From the IMG/VR virus record IMGVR_UViG_3300028275_000622: a stretch of 64,000 nt of DNA, one strand, 5' to 3'. Source of the DNA: an uncultured virus (IMG/VR IMGVR_UViG_3300028275_000622). Its lineage: Duplodnaviria; Heunggongvirae; Uroviricota; Caudoviricetes. Under the pieces are notes generated by a model. It worked only from the letters and a program-made list of their open reading frames with translations, was not told the DNA's origin and did no database searches. Made by a program: the position numbers and the translations under genes. Positions 10,922 to 19,873 of the stretch are shown piece by piece (position 1 is the first letter of the stretch; each line of letters opens with the position of its first letter).

Positions 10922-11599
10922 TCATGCTTTCTTAATGAGGTTACGGATGAACCCAAACCACAGGAAAGGGGATGAGACGAGCAGCATCACAAGTGCAACA
11001 TTATAATCTTTTTCAATAAATCCACCAAGCGAACCGAGAAGCATAAACAAGCCAAATAAGGCACTCAAGCAACCACCTACCTTATTCGCCAGTTTGACTG
11101 GGGGGACCAAAACCACTGGAATTTCGGAAAATTCTGCGGCGGGGTTAGCCCCCGCTCTGGCTATTACAGCCTGTAAATTGCTGGCGAAAGTATCAGGAGC
11201 ACTCAGTAGCATATTCGTGAAGATATATCGGTGGCCACTTTTGGCCACAATGGTTAAATCTGAAGTAAATGTTCCGCGACGTGGTTCCACACTCTCAATC
11301 TGGGAAAATGGCAATGAAGCAATTAAAGCCTTAAAATCGGGGAGCTTCAGTTTGTTAAAGGGGTTTGTGAGTTCAAGAATCAAAACCCTCCGATCAGTAA
11401 TACCCAAAAGAAACTTGCGGGAACGAGTGAGCAAGTCTGGCACGAAAGGCATAATGCGGATTATAAACGGCGGTCTTTGCTCGCCATGTTGAAATGCAAG
11501 GCACTCCTCGCCTCGCATGGACTGGCTTAAGATAAGACGCTCGTAGTGCCATTCTGGAGAGTCGCTATCGGCTGGGTTTAATGGCGATGGTGTGCTCAT
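10922..11599 (-). CDS. Hypothetical membrane protein (PH-like N-domain, two C-terminal TM helices)
   Basis: 'LLGITDRRVLIL...LPFSQIESVE' resembles a bacterial PH-like domain; two hydrophobic C-terminal segments. Confidence 0.65.
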   Translation of the reverse strand: MSTPSPLNPADSDSPEWHYERLILSQSMRGEECLAFQHGEQRPPFIIRIMPFVPDLLTRSRKFLLGITDRRVLILELTNPFNKLKLPDFKALIASLPFSQIESVEPRRGTFTSDLTIVAKSGHRYIFTNMLLSAPDTFASNLQAVIARAGANPAAEFSEIPVVLVPPVKLANKVGGCLSALFGLFMLLGSLGGFIEKDYNVALVMLLVSSPFLWFGFIRNLIKKA

Positions 11600-11682
11600 G
11601 ATGTTTTCCTTGTGGATTGGTTTTAGGATAGTACAAGTCTTCTACCACCGAAATACAGTGAACAAATTAACTAAATAATGGA

Positions 11683-11727
11683 GTGGCATGGGCATGTCAA
11701 ATTTAATTGGTCAGATTTGACAAGATG
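11683..11727 (-). promoter_or_regulatory. Putative promoter/operator, copy 1
   Basis: Minus-strand TTGACA within the inverted repeat TGTCAAAT..ATTTGACA; similar to 14592-14639. Confidence 0.45.
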
Positions 11728-12423
11728 CGTTTGAACACCGGTTGAAATCTCATGCTTTACCGCAATTTCCACCATGCTATGCCGCAGCCTTCACAATCTT
11801 CACTCGGCGAGCTTAGACCAGCGCTGGCCTCACTGCAAACGCTGCGAGTTGGCAAATAATACAAGTTCCTTGACCAAGTCGCTCATACCTACCGAGTCAA
11901 ACATCTGGTTTATCGCAGGGAGCAGTCCTATGTTGCCTGGGTCAAGCGGGTCAACCTATTTCACAGCAAGCAGCACCCAAAAAAAGGGGCCGACCGTGGT
12001 TTGGGCGTCCGGATCTCGCTTGCTTCATCATCATTACTGCGAGGCAATATAGAAGTTACGAACCACGAAAGAGAACTCGTAGTTGTTGGATGATACTTGT
12101 TGGGTTACCAAACGCGCAAAGCATCACCTGCCATTCGTCGTCTTGATGCATACCGAAAGGAATACTTGCGGAGTCCACATATCTGGCGCACTATCTCCTA
12201 GTCATCGAGGGGTGGCCGCTGATTCTGGTTTATTTCTACGACTTGCTTTTTGAAGTTGGCTCTCCCACTTGACAAATCTGGAATTTCGCTCGTCCTTCCT
12301 TTTGCCCCACTTCGGGTGTTCGATAATCGCCGTATTACCGCGCTTAACCATCGAAATGTGGGTGTAGGAGAGCTACATCTAACGCGACTGCAGCAAAAAT
12401 TAGGAAGCTAAATAACGACAGCT

Positions 12424-12963
12424 TCAAGGAATTAACTTTCTCGCAGGACGCCCCTGCTCTTCCCGGAGTAGCTCCTGGATGTACCACGACAAAAACTCCC
12501 GGTTCCGCTCCACAAACTCAGGATCTCGCCATGCACTCCCATTGATGGTTCCGCGACACTTGGGAGCCCCACACCGGCACTCGAAAGGTTTGGCCGAGAT
12601 TTCGGTGGTGTCGTAGTCAAACGTCAGCTCTTCGCCGGCCAGAATCGCCCGGCGGGCCACCATCACAATCTGTCCTCGGACCCCGACGTTGGCCTCGCAC
12701 TTGTGGTTGAACAACTCTGCATCGTCGAACTCGAAAAGGTTCTCCGACCCCAGGTAGTAACCGGGGCACACTGAGACGGTGTGCGTATCGAAGTGGGGGA
12801 AGCCCACTGCCAGCCGACCGACCTCCTCGGCCGTGTACACCTTACCACCCCAGACGGCCACCACCTCGCCGGCGACGAACGCCTCGGCGGCAAAGAGCCC
12901 TCGCCCGTCGATGGCGGACCGGGCTACCCTACACTTCGGGGAGAGCAGCGAATGTAACCTCAT
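12424..12963 (-). CDS. SET-domain protein-lysine methyltransferase with post-SET motif
   Basis: GRGLFA, FNHKCEAN, GEELTFDY and CRCGAPKCRG motifs. Confidence 0.9.
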   Translation of the reverse strand: MRLHSLLSPKCRVARSAIDGRGLFAAEAFVAGEVVAVWGGKVYTAEEVGRLAVGFPHFDTHTVSVCPGYYLGSENLFEFDDAELFNHKCEANVGVRGQIVMVARRAILAGEELTFDYDTTEISAKPFECRCGAPKCRGTINGSAWRDPEFVERNREFLSWYIQELLREEQGRPARKLIP

Positions 12964-13370
12964 TGTTGTCTATCCTCGGATGCAAACTCGGCAGCGGCCG
13001 GCGGCGGTGGTTCGTCGTGCTTCTCGCGGCCAAGCTCGAGTAGGATCACGGCGACCGCTGCAAACCCCACGCCGACCCACTCCATCTGGGTAAGCCGACC
13101 GCCGAAATAGACCATGTCACACACGACCACCAGCACGACGTGGAACACGGTAGACAACACAAAAGCAGCGCTAAACGTTCTACTATCCCACTTCAGGAGC
13201 AGGCCGAACAGGATCAGGCTGGCGAGCCATATGAGGCACGCAAGGACCAGCCACAAGGTATTGTTGGACTTTGCCCATTTGAAAATCCAGATGTCCCCCA
13301 GGCCACCAGTCACCCCGATGGCGACAAGAAGCACGTACACCAACCAAGGGTCTGTCGGATCACTTAGCAC
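12960..13370 (-). CDS. Small 4-TM membrane protein (SMR/DMT-like)
   Basis: Four hydrophobic helices and 'FGGRLTQMEWVGVGF'. Likely GTG start at 13370 after a GGAG RBS; overlaps the SET gene start (ATGA). Confidence 0.7.
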   Translation of the reverse strand: MLSDPTDPWLVYVLLVAIGVTGGLGDIWIFKWAKSNNTLWLVLACLIWLASLILFGLLLKWDSRTFSAAFVLSTVFHVVLVVVCDMVYFGGRLTQMEWVGVGFAAVAVILLELGREKHDEPPPPAAAEFASEDRQQ

Positions 13371-13385
13371 ACGCCGCCTCCCTCT

Positions 13386-13478
13386 CCTCACGACAAAGCT
13401 CAGCAGCAGCGGGGCCGGGTGAGCTAGGACCCTAAAAATGCGTCATACCCTTCCGTCTGCCGCATCCCCTAGTTCGAG
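13386..13478 (-). other. Integron attC-like site, slightly degenerate
   Basis: Minus strand CTCGAAC-taggggat-GCGGCAGACGG ... CCGCTGCTGCTGAGCTTTGTC-GTGAGG: an imperfect palindrome with an extra-helical base in the L box. R' reads GTG instead of GTT. Confidence 0.65.
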
Positions 13479-13499
13479 TAGGCCTCACATCTGTTGCAA

Positions 13500-14522
13500 C
13501 TATTTACCAATCCACGGCAAGTACAGTTCGGCCTTCATCGTGTTTGTGCCTGTGCTCGTGTCGAGTTTCAATTTGTTGAAGCTGAAAAAGTCAATTAATG
13601 CGTCCTCATTCTCCTCCAAACCGAGGAAGTCGAAGAGTTTTTCAATTGAAACGCCCAAAAGCATAGGAGCAAATCTAACATATGTTGCGAAGAGGACTTT
13701 GAGCACCGGCTTGTAATTAGCAAACCCGACATCCATTTTGTCGATGAGATCGTTAGCATCCATTTTGGCGATGCCTTCCAACGTGAAGCTAATAGAGATA
13801 CCCTTTTTGAAGGCGATTTGACCGTGAACGCCCGTCAAATTCGGGGGGACCTGAACGCCTTTTAAGGCAGGTATATCTTTCACCGACTCCGGGGATGCAA
13901 CGAACCAAACCACCTGCTTCTGATCAACCTTCGCAATCAACCCCCGGATCACTTCGTTGTTCGGCCCCTTCGACTCTTTGGCATTGTACTTATGGATCAG
14001 TGACCTGAGGCAGTCCTCGTCCGAAGACATCGCACATAGATCAGGACCAACCACGCACAGGTATTGTGTCTTGGCCTGTCTTCTGGAGCCGATATCGTTT
14101 TGTTGAATCGCCAATTCCTCGAACTTTATGGCACTAATCTCGATGTTGGTTTGTGCCTTCATTAGTCGCGGGAAATGTTCGATGAAAGCCCCGGTGTCCC
14201 ACTTGCCATACATGAGGATAAGTGGGGTCAAATCCTTGCCGACAAGCGCGACAATGATGCGGGTCGGGTCCGTGGCAACGTTGAAGCTCAATCGCTTGGC
14301 GAACAACTTAGCTATTTCGCTGTGATCGAACAGCTTCGTCAAGGCCTTTCCCACTGTGGTGCTTGCGGGCTTGGCCTCCGTGAAGGCTTTCCAGTCGATC
14401 GAGAGTATCGCTGCGGTGTCGTCGGGCAGATGCTTGTCTCCCTCGACTGCCTGCGCGGCCGGCGAACAGCTCACCGCGAGCAGCGTGACCGCTAGTAGGG
14501 GAAAGGTGCGAAACTGCAACAT
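13500..14522 (-). CDS. Hypothetical exported protein
   Basis: Signal peptide followed by 'DKHLPDDTAAILSIDW'; GGAG RBS. Confidence 0.75.
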   Translation of the reverse strand: MLQFRTFPLLAVTLLAVSCSPAAQAVEGDKHLPDDTAAILSIDWKAFTEAKPASTTVGKALTKLFDHSEIAKLFAKRLSFNVATDPTRIIVALVGKDLTPLILMYGKWDTGAFIEHFPRLMKAQTNIEISAIKFEELAIQQNDIGSRRQAKTQYLCVVGPDLCAMSSDEDCLRSLIHKYNAKESKGPNNEVIRGLIAKVDQKQVVWFVASPESVKDIPALKGVQVPPNLTGVHGQIAFKKGISISFTLEGIAKMDANDLIDKMDVGFANYKPVLKVLFATYVRFAPMLLGVSIEKLFDFLGLEENEDALIDFFSFNKLKLDTSTGTNTMKAELYLPWIGK

Positions 14523-14591
14523 GGTTTTCCTCCGCAGTCCAACAGGTATTCAAACTCTGAATTGCGCTAAAATAGATATAAACCTAGCTGC

Positions 14592-14639
14592 GTGGCATGG
14601 ACTTGTCAAATCTAATGTATCCGATTATCTGGCAAGATG
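14592..14639 (-). promoter_or_regulatory. Putative promoter/operator, copy 2
   Basis: GTGGCATGG..TGTCAAAT.TAAT...CAAGATG shared with 11683-11727; minus-strand TTGACA-N17-TAGGTT. Confidence 0.45.
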
Positions 14640-14859
14640 TGTCGGAATGCCAATCGGTCGTCAAATACCTTGAGCAACGCACGACGAGATGTAATCCAGC
14701 TTGGCCTTTTTCCATACACCGAGGCGGTAATTGCTTTGGTCGTGCACTTGTGAAGTGATTCAGACACTTGTGGTTAGAGGCGACGAACGCACTATCTGAC
14801 CGCTAAAAAAAACACCTGCATCGGCTAAAGCCATGGCCATGCAAGTGGTTTTTAGATGG

Positions 14860-15303
14860 TTAACTAATTTCTGCCTTTAACTCGCCAATCAACAGGCTCG
14901 CCTCCTTAACAGTTAGTTCGTTGAAAGAACCAACATTTCGCGCATCTAACAGTGGTTGATAAGGAATCTTACCTTTTCTCAGAAGGCCCTGGATCAAAGC
15001 TAATTGCTTTTCAGAAGCCCGCCTTATGGAGCCATTCTGGGATGGTTTCTCAACTTGATGGTCCTGGATAGCCGGTATTTTGGCAGGAGTATGGAGCATT
15101 TCAGGCTTCACTGCTATTTTGCCAACTTCTTCATCAAGGGCATTGCGAGCTAACTCGAAAAGCTTCTGCATGTGCAGCTTGAGCTTTGATGGATCCCCTA
15201 GCATCGCCGAATCCACTTCCACTTCAAGGTTCACATTACCGCCTTTGGAACCATAATGGTTATCAGAAACTTTCCTGCTTAAACCAACATTCAACCTCAT
15301 CAT
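14860..15303 (-). CDS. Hypothetical mobile-element protein
   Basis: 'MRLNVGLSRKV...YGSKGGNVNLEVE' and C-terminal 'RASEKQLALI...LTVKEASLLIGELK'; last gene of the AAA+/VWA operon. Confidence 0.7.
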   Translation of the reverse strand: MMRLNVGLSRKVSDNHYGSKGGNVNLEVEVDSAMLGDPSKLKLHMQKLFELARNALDEEVGKIAVKPEMLHTPAKIPAIQDHQVEKPSQNGSIRRASEKQLALIQGLLRKGKIPYQPLLDARNVGSFNELTVKEASLLIGELKAEIS

Positions 15304-15304
15304 G

Positions 15305-15457
15305 TTAAACCTGCCTTTCTTTTCTGAGAATTTGAACCAAACACCCATTTGTTCGTGAGAAGACTTTCTTCACCACGATCCTCTTCAGACTGAAACCCAT
15401 ATGCCTCAGCCTTTGGACAGAAATACCTAGTTCATCAGCGATCTTTTTAGCTTTCAT
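15305..15457 (-). CDS. Small hypothetical protein, 50 aa, HTH-like start
   Basis: AGGAGG RBS; MKAKKIADELGISVQRLRH... translated by hand. Confidence 0.45.
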   Translation of the reverse strand: MKAKKIADELGISVQRLRHMGFSLKRIVVKKVFSRTNGCLVQILRKERQV

Positions 15458-15476
15458 AAAGCCTCCTTTCTATGGT

Positions 15477-15632
15477 TCAAATGCGAATGGACCTTTGGTG
15501 ATAGGCAAACCCTACGAAAACCAGCATCACCAGGAAAAACACAAGCCAGGATTCCGTAGCAGCTCCAAAAATGGCTGACAGCAACAAACATCCATTGAAA
15601 TTTGCCACATTGAGCTTTTGTCGAGCACCCAT
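15477..15632 (-). CDS. Small 2-TM membrane protein, 51 aa
   Basis: GGGAG RBS; MGARQKLNVANFNGCLLLSAIFGAATESWLVFFLVMLVFVGFAYHQRSIRI. Confidence 0.6.
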   Translation of the reverse strand: MGARQKLNVANFNGCLLLSAIFGAATESWLVFFLVMLVFVGFAYHQRSIRI

Positions 15633-15654
15633 GATCAGACTCCCTTAATAGAGA

Positions 15655-15681
15655 AAGGCCTGCCCCGAAAGAGGCAGGCCT
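15655..15681 (-). terminator. GC-rich hairpin / terminator
   Basis: AGGCCTGCC-ccgaaaga-GGCAGGCCT downstream of 15702..16556. Confidence 0.55.
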
Positions 15682-15701
15682 GAATTGGGAACCACAAACA
15701 A

Positions 15702-16556
15702 TTAGACAGCCATCAAGCTTGCAACCTTTTCCTTAAGCTTCGCGGAAGCCTCATCCAGCATGGATTGGAGACGGGCTTGTTCCCCGGCAAGGTAACCGGC
15801 ATAAGTTTCCACCTTGAACCTTGCCTGCTGGATCTGGGAGGCAGCTTTCTCGAAGCTACTTTCCCTGGTATCTGCCCCAAAGGCTTCAATCATCGAAAGA
15901 TACTCATTCACCAAGTTGCTAAGACCATTTGCGATGGCATCTTTGACGGACCTGTCTCCTTCACGGGTTCCAGAAGGCACCGGAAATCGCAGGATCGTGC
16001 ATCCAAGGCGAAGCACCAGGCTTTCCAGCTTGTTCACAAAATCCTGGTGCCTTTGGGCAACAAAGTAACAGCCACCCTGGGGCCTTATTGGGAAGAGTCC
16101 TCCATTCTGATCAATGAGCCGGACCAGGATCCTTCCAATGTCCGCCCCCTTCCTTCTGGAAAGCTCAAGATCCAGCTCCCTCTGAACCGCCTCTTTGAGC
16201 TCTTCAATTCCACAGGTTACCCTCCCAGTATCCTTTGCCACGGTCAGCTTGGCCTCGGTCTGGTAGATGAAGAACTCGGCATCCCTTTTTTCCAAGGTAA
16301 ACTGAAAACTAATGTTTTCAGCATTCTCTTCCAGTACCTTGACCAGCCTTTTCTGCCCAAGTGACTTGCAGGCTCTGCGGAAGGCAGACTGGACTGGCAA
16401 ATCGGGCATTAGGCAGGTAGGTAGCTCCAGATTTTCCAATAGCTTTACAAGATCCTTGTGACTTACGCAGGCCTTGTTGCAATTCCAAGAGACCACTTCG
16501 CCCAGCAATTCCGTTTGTTTAGCGTGAGCGAGCATATCCCGCATATTCGCGATCAT
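15702..16556 (-). CDS. Hypothetical protein (DUF6744-like) in the AAA+/VWA operon
   Basis: 'LLGEVVSW...SAFRRAC...PIRPQGGCYFV' and a helical C-terminus; co-oriented with the VWA and AAA genes. Confidence 0.6.
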   Translation of the reverse strand: MIANMRDMLAHAKQTELLGEVVSWNCNKACVSHKDLVKLLENLELPTCLMPDLPVQSAFRRACKSLGQKRLVKVLEENAENISFQFTLEKRDAEFFIYQTEAKLTVAKDTGRVTCGIEELKEAVQRELDLELSRRKGADIGRILVRLIDQNGGLFPIRPQGGCYFVAQRHQDFVNKLESLVLRLGCTILRFPVPSGTREGDRSVKDAIANGLSNLVNEYLSMIEAFGADTRESSFEKAASQIQQARFKVETYAGYLAGEQARLQSMLDEASAKLKEKVASLMAV

Positions 16557-16579
16557 AGAAAACCCCCTTAGTGAATGGT

Positions 16580-17926
16580 TTAAATAGAAAAGAATTGCTC
16601 AGACCCGATCAAAGCCGGACTGAGCATTTCAAAAAGATGAACCTTGTCCGAAATGGTTGCCAAGTCACCAGGCTCAGAGCCGATGACCAGGCTGGTTAGC
16701 TTAGCTTTTACAGAAGCTTTCCATTCCAGAAAAGCCTCTGCATGGTTGGTATTTATCCGGAGTTGGGCGTCGGAAATGTAAATCAGGTCGGTCTTTCCTG
16801 AAGGTGCACCTATTTGAGCAAAGATGGCTGGCATTTCGCTGACTGGCAGATCTTGATCAGACCCTCCGCCGATAAATGCCACACTCCAATCCAGGAGTTC
16901 CCTGGTTTTGGAACTATCCGGAGGGATAGCCAAAAGAGAGTGGCCAGTACCTCCGCTGAAAGAGACAAGCCCACACCAGCGCTTTTGACACCTCGAAAGC
17001 CAGGCAAAGGTCAAAGCAATCGCTTTGGCATGCTCAATTTTGGCCCCGTTCATGCTGCCGGACTCATCAACAACAACCACTACAGGCCCTAAACCTGCTG
17101 GATCGTTGCTTTCAAAGTCCCTTAGTTGAAGCTGGCCTTCTGCAAAGCGCCTTAGGAAGTCCAATTCCAGTTCAGGCAGGGCGATTCTTAGCAATTCCAT
17201 TGGAAGAATCCGGCTAAGTTCACATCCCAGGACTACTCCTGTAAAGTGATCCATGCCATTATTTCCAAGGATGTTGTGACAACCCTGGGCCACCTGCTTA
17301 TAGCAGCCTGCCAGCCTGGCAATCTGCCTAATGACAGCATTGGCCTGAAAACACCTAAAAAGATTGGCAAGTTCCTTCGAATCCAGCGATCTTCCGGGTT
17401 TTCCAGAGCCTAAACCATAAGCATCGCATGCCTGGTTAAAGTCATTAATTTCCAATTCTGCCTTTTCAGCAGCCCTAGCAACACTGATCATACATTCGAT
17501 ATCCTTAGTTTTGGATTCTGGTAACTTGATTGGAGACGTCTCCACTTTTCCCTTCAGTGCTTGGAATGCCTCGCAAAAAGCCAGGGTTGCTATTTGAGAA
17601 GCGACAACGTTTAGGGCTGTACCCTGCTTAAGGCCTTGAAAATCAAGGTTTTGAAGCATCTGCTTCATAAAGCCATGCCTTAAAGGATCTGTGGGTGTTT
17701 CATGGAACTGCAACTCTGGCAGGAACGCCATTCCATGAAGATCAGACACTTCTTCTTTACTCAACGCCATCTGCTGTAGCTTTGGGCTTTCGCTGAGTAA
17801 GGTCTCGCCCTGCCGAAGGTCCCAAAGGTCGAGCTTGAGTTCAGTTGGCTGTTGAATGGGCTCTTTTTGTAAAACTGCTGGTATCTCAGGAGATACCAGC
17901 AAGGTCTGCAATCGTTCCTCAGTCAT
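16580..17926 (-). CDS. VWA-domain protein (ViaA-like)
   Basis: MIDAS motif VVVVDESGSM, GGGSD, IYISDA, and 'LGCELSRILPMEL'. Confidence 0.85.
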   Translation of the reverse strand: MTEERLQTLLVSPEIPAVLQKEPIQQPTELKLDLWDLRQGETLLSESPKLQQMALSKEEVSDLHGMAFLPELQFHETPTDPLRHGFMKQMLQNLDFQGLKQGTALNVVASQIATLAFCEAFQALKGKVETSPIKLPESKTKDIECMISVARAAEKAELEINDFNQACDAYGLGSGKPGRSLDSKELANLFRCFQANAVIRQIARLAGCYKQVAQGCHNILGNNGMDHFTGVVLGCELSRILPMELLRIALPELELDFLRRFAEGQLQLRDFESNDPAGLGPVVVVVDESGSMNGAKIEHAKAIALTFAWLSRCQKRWCGLVSFSGGTGHSLLAIPPDSSKTRELLDWSVAFIGGGSDQDLPVSEMPAIFAQIGAPSGKTDLIYISDAQLRINTNHAEAFLEWKASVKAKLTSLVIGSEPGDLATISDKVHLFEMLSPALIGSEQFFSI

Positions 17927-17945
17927 AAAATCCTCCTTGGAAATG

Positions 17946-17975
17946 AAAAAGGCCGCAGGTAACCCCTGCGGCCTT
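17946..17975 (-). terminator. Hairpin between AAA and VWA genes
   Basis: AAGGCCGCAGG-taacc-CCTGCGGCCTT with a T-tract on the minus strand. Confidence 0.5.
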
Positions 17976-17994
17976 AAGAAATGGGTAAGTACAA

Positions 17995-19143
17995 TTAGAT
18001 GGAATCCAAACTTTTGAGGCGAAGCTGCTGAATCTGGTTCTTGACGAAGTCTAGAGCCTCTCTGACCCGTTCAGACTTCTTCAAGCTAGAAAGCTTCTTC
18101 TGAACCTCAGTCAGCTTGGCGGCTGTGGTCGCTGCCTGAGCCAGGTCGGCAGGATTACAGCCTTCCAGCACTTCCTGTGCCTCGGAAAGCAACCCCGTTA
18201 CCTTCATGCCCGTGGGTGAGGCATGCTTGAGAATGGCACTCTTTACCTTGGCAGGCTCTTTAGTGGGTTCTGTCCAAAGCACATGCTGCAGGACTTCCAA
18301 ATGCTCTGGAAGTACCTCGCTTGCGCCCTGAAGCCAGGCATAAGCCCTTACCAAAACCACTGACTTTGCCTGCCTGCGATCCCCAATAACCACGCCCTCC
18401 CTGGCTAGGTCTTGAAGAATGTTCTCCAGGGCATCCATTGCTTCCTTGGACCAATCCAGCCCTTGGGCATCCAGCCTGGCTGCCTCAAGTTCAGGCTTAG
18501 CCAGAGAAGTGGACAGCTCCGCCAGGCTGTTAGCCCAAAGAAGCTTTTGCCTGCCATTCTTCGTTTTAATCGGTTGAACGGTTTTACGTACCAGAAAGCG
18601 GTCCAAGAGCGCACCCAAGCTTTTAGCCTCATCCCCTTGAGGGTAGTCATTGGCCGCTGCCACGCAGAGTTCCAAGGGAACTCTGCGTTGAATACCATCG
18701 CCTTTATCAAATGTTCTTTCGTTGAGAATCTTCAAAAGAATATTCAAAATCGCAGGTGAACCCCGAAATATCTCGTCCAAGAAGCAAAACTGCGCCTCGG
18801 GAAGTTTGCCTTGGGTTATCCGTACAAACCGATCAGACTTCAGCTCCGAAAGGCTGTACATGCCTAAAAGCTCTTCTGGCATCGTAAAGCGGTTTAACAG
18901 ATATACGAATTTGCTCCCATGCATCCATTGCATGAGACTATCAACTAGCAAAGACTTACCCGTACCCGGAGGCCCTACCAGAAGCAGGTGCTCGCTGGCC
19001 AGAAGACACGTCAATGCAAGATCGATTTCCTCCTGGCGTTCAATAAGCGAATTGGAAAGCTCTTTACGGGTGCTTTGAAACTTGTCCTGGACGGTTAGTG
19101 GGTTTTCCTGCTTGATAGGCCTAGAAGTTAAAACTGCGTTCAT
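17995..19143 (-). CDS. MoxR-family AAA+ ATPase (RavA-like)
   Basis: Walker A GPPGTGKS, Walker B CFLDEIFR, ALLDRF arginine finger; followed by its VWA partner. Confidence 0.9.
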   Translation of the reverse strand: MNAVLTSRPIKQENPLTVQDKFQSTRKELSNSLIERQEEIDLALTCLLASEHLLLVGPPGTGKSLLVDSLMQWMHGSKFVYLLNRFTMPEELLGMYSLSELKSDRFVRITQGKLPEAQFCFLDEIFRGSPAILNILLKILNERTFDKGDGIQRRVPLELCVAAANDYPQGDEAKSLGALLDRFLVRKTVQPIKTKNGRQKLLWANSLAELSTSLAKPELEAARLDAQGLDWSKEAMDALENILQDLAREGVVIGDRRQAKSVVLVRAYAWLQGASEVLPEHLEVLQHVLWTEPTKEPAKVKSAILKHASPTGMKVTGLLSEAQEVLEGCNPADLAQAATTAAKLTEVQKKLSSLKKSERVREALDFVKNQIQQLRLKSLDSI

Positions 19144-19482
19144 AAGATCCTCCTGCCACCATGCATGCCCATGGTTGAAGGCAGCTAAACCATATGGCTT
19201 GGCCAGCAGATTATGACGCGGGTTGGTAGGGAATTAAGTTACCTGAATTATCAATGGGCGGATTTAGGAATTGAACTAAGCGCCAAAGGTATCCATGCTT
19301 TACCAGGAAGGTCCCCTCCTAGAAAAGGCTTGTCGCAATACCGACAAACCTCAATCAGCCTAGCCTTGGCAAGGACTACCCTCCCGGCTTTTCAGGAAAA
19401 TAGAAACTATAAGCATCTTGATTGCTGTTGGAAGGCTTGGCCAGGCAAAGTTAAGCTCCAAGAGCTTTGAGTTCAGAAATTC

Positions 19483-19503
19483 TTGGTCTCCTTTTTGGTC
19501 TCC
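19483..19503 (+). repeat. Direct repeat TTGGTCTCC x2 (putative integrase arm sites of the island)
   Basis: Copies at 19483-19491 and 19495-19503, about 65 bp left of the tRNA fragment. Confidence 0.55.
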
Positions 19504-19568
19504 CACCCCTTCCGGTATGTGCGGAATATGCTTATTTACAAAGGGTTTCAGCGTATCGAGTTCTCTGG

Positions 19569-19610
19569 TTCCTAAACCGAGGGTCGTAGGTTCGAATCTT
19601 ACCGGGCGCA
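19569..19610 (+). tRNA. 3' half of tRNA-Arg(CCT), displaced att core; not an intact tRNA
   Basis: TTCCTAA anticodon loop, ACCGA, T-arm GTAGG-TTCGAAT-CTTAC, acceptor strand CGGGCGC-A. The upstream sequence has no GCGCCCG or D-arm. Confidence 0.85.
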
Positions 19611-19706
19611 TATATTCACGGGCCGTAAAAGCTTGCTGTTATTGAACTTATGCACTTCTTTAAACATTTTGTTTGGAAGTGCATTTTTGCTTGTTTGAGG
19701 TGGTTT

Positions 19707-19734
19707 ACTGTACATTTACTGTACGTCACTGTAC
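19707..19734 (+). repeat. Direct repeat ACTGTAC x3 (putative arm sites of the prophage integrase)
   Basis: Copies at 19707, 19718 and 19728, about 100 bp right of the att core. Confidence 0.55.
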
Positions 19735-19802
19735 AAATTGGCACGATATTTGCTTTTATATATTACTCTATATTACTCTATATTGCACTAAGTACACTTA
19801 GT

Positions 19803-19858
19803 ACTTCTTAGAGTAAGTTAAAAAAGAATATATTCTTTTTTAACTTACTCTAAGAAGT
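19803..19858. repeat. Perfect 56-bp palindrome with no spacer
   Basis: ACTTCTTAGAGTAAGTTAAAAAAGAATA|TATTCTTTTTTAACTTACTCTAAGAAGT, checked base by base. Confidence 0.95.
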
Positions 19859-19873
19859 TACTCACACAGACGT

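Larger units (their letters stand above)
1..19610. mobile_element. Right end of an integrative island ending in a tRNA-Arg 3' fragment (attR-like); left end outside the window
   Basis: Ends at a tRNA 3' half preceded by the direct repeat TTGGTCTCC x2. Cargo is mosaic (defence-type ATPase and helicase, IS remnant, cassettes, AAA+/VWA operon). Oligonucleotide usage changes abruptly after 19610. Confidence 0.75.

Noticed and set aside
12370..12420. Third attC site downstream of the SET gene
   Set aside because: Only a GTTAG-like end is present; no matching inverted arm found.
15765..16364. 199-aa plus-strand ORF and similar long antisense ORFs elsewhere
   Set aside because: Fully antisense to well-supported genes and without recognisable motifs.
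19537..19610. Intact tRNA-Arg gene
   Set aside because: The 5' acceptor strand and D-arm are missing; only the 3' half from the anticodon loop is present.
19360..19611. 83-aa minus ORF (MRPVRFEPTTLG...WPSLPTAIK)
   Set aside because: Reads through the antisense tRNA fragment and att repeats; probably a shadow ORF, though its distal part could be a short real peptide.
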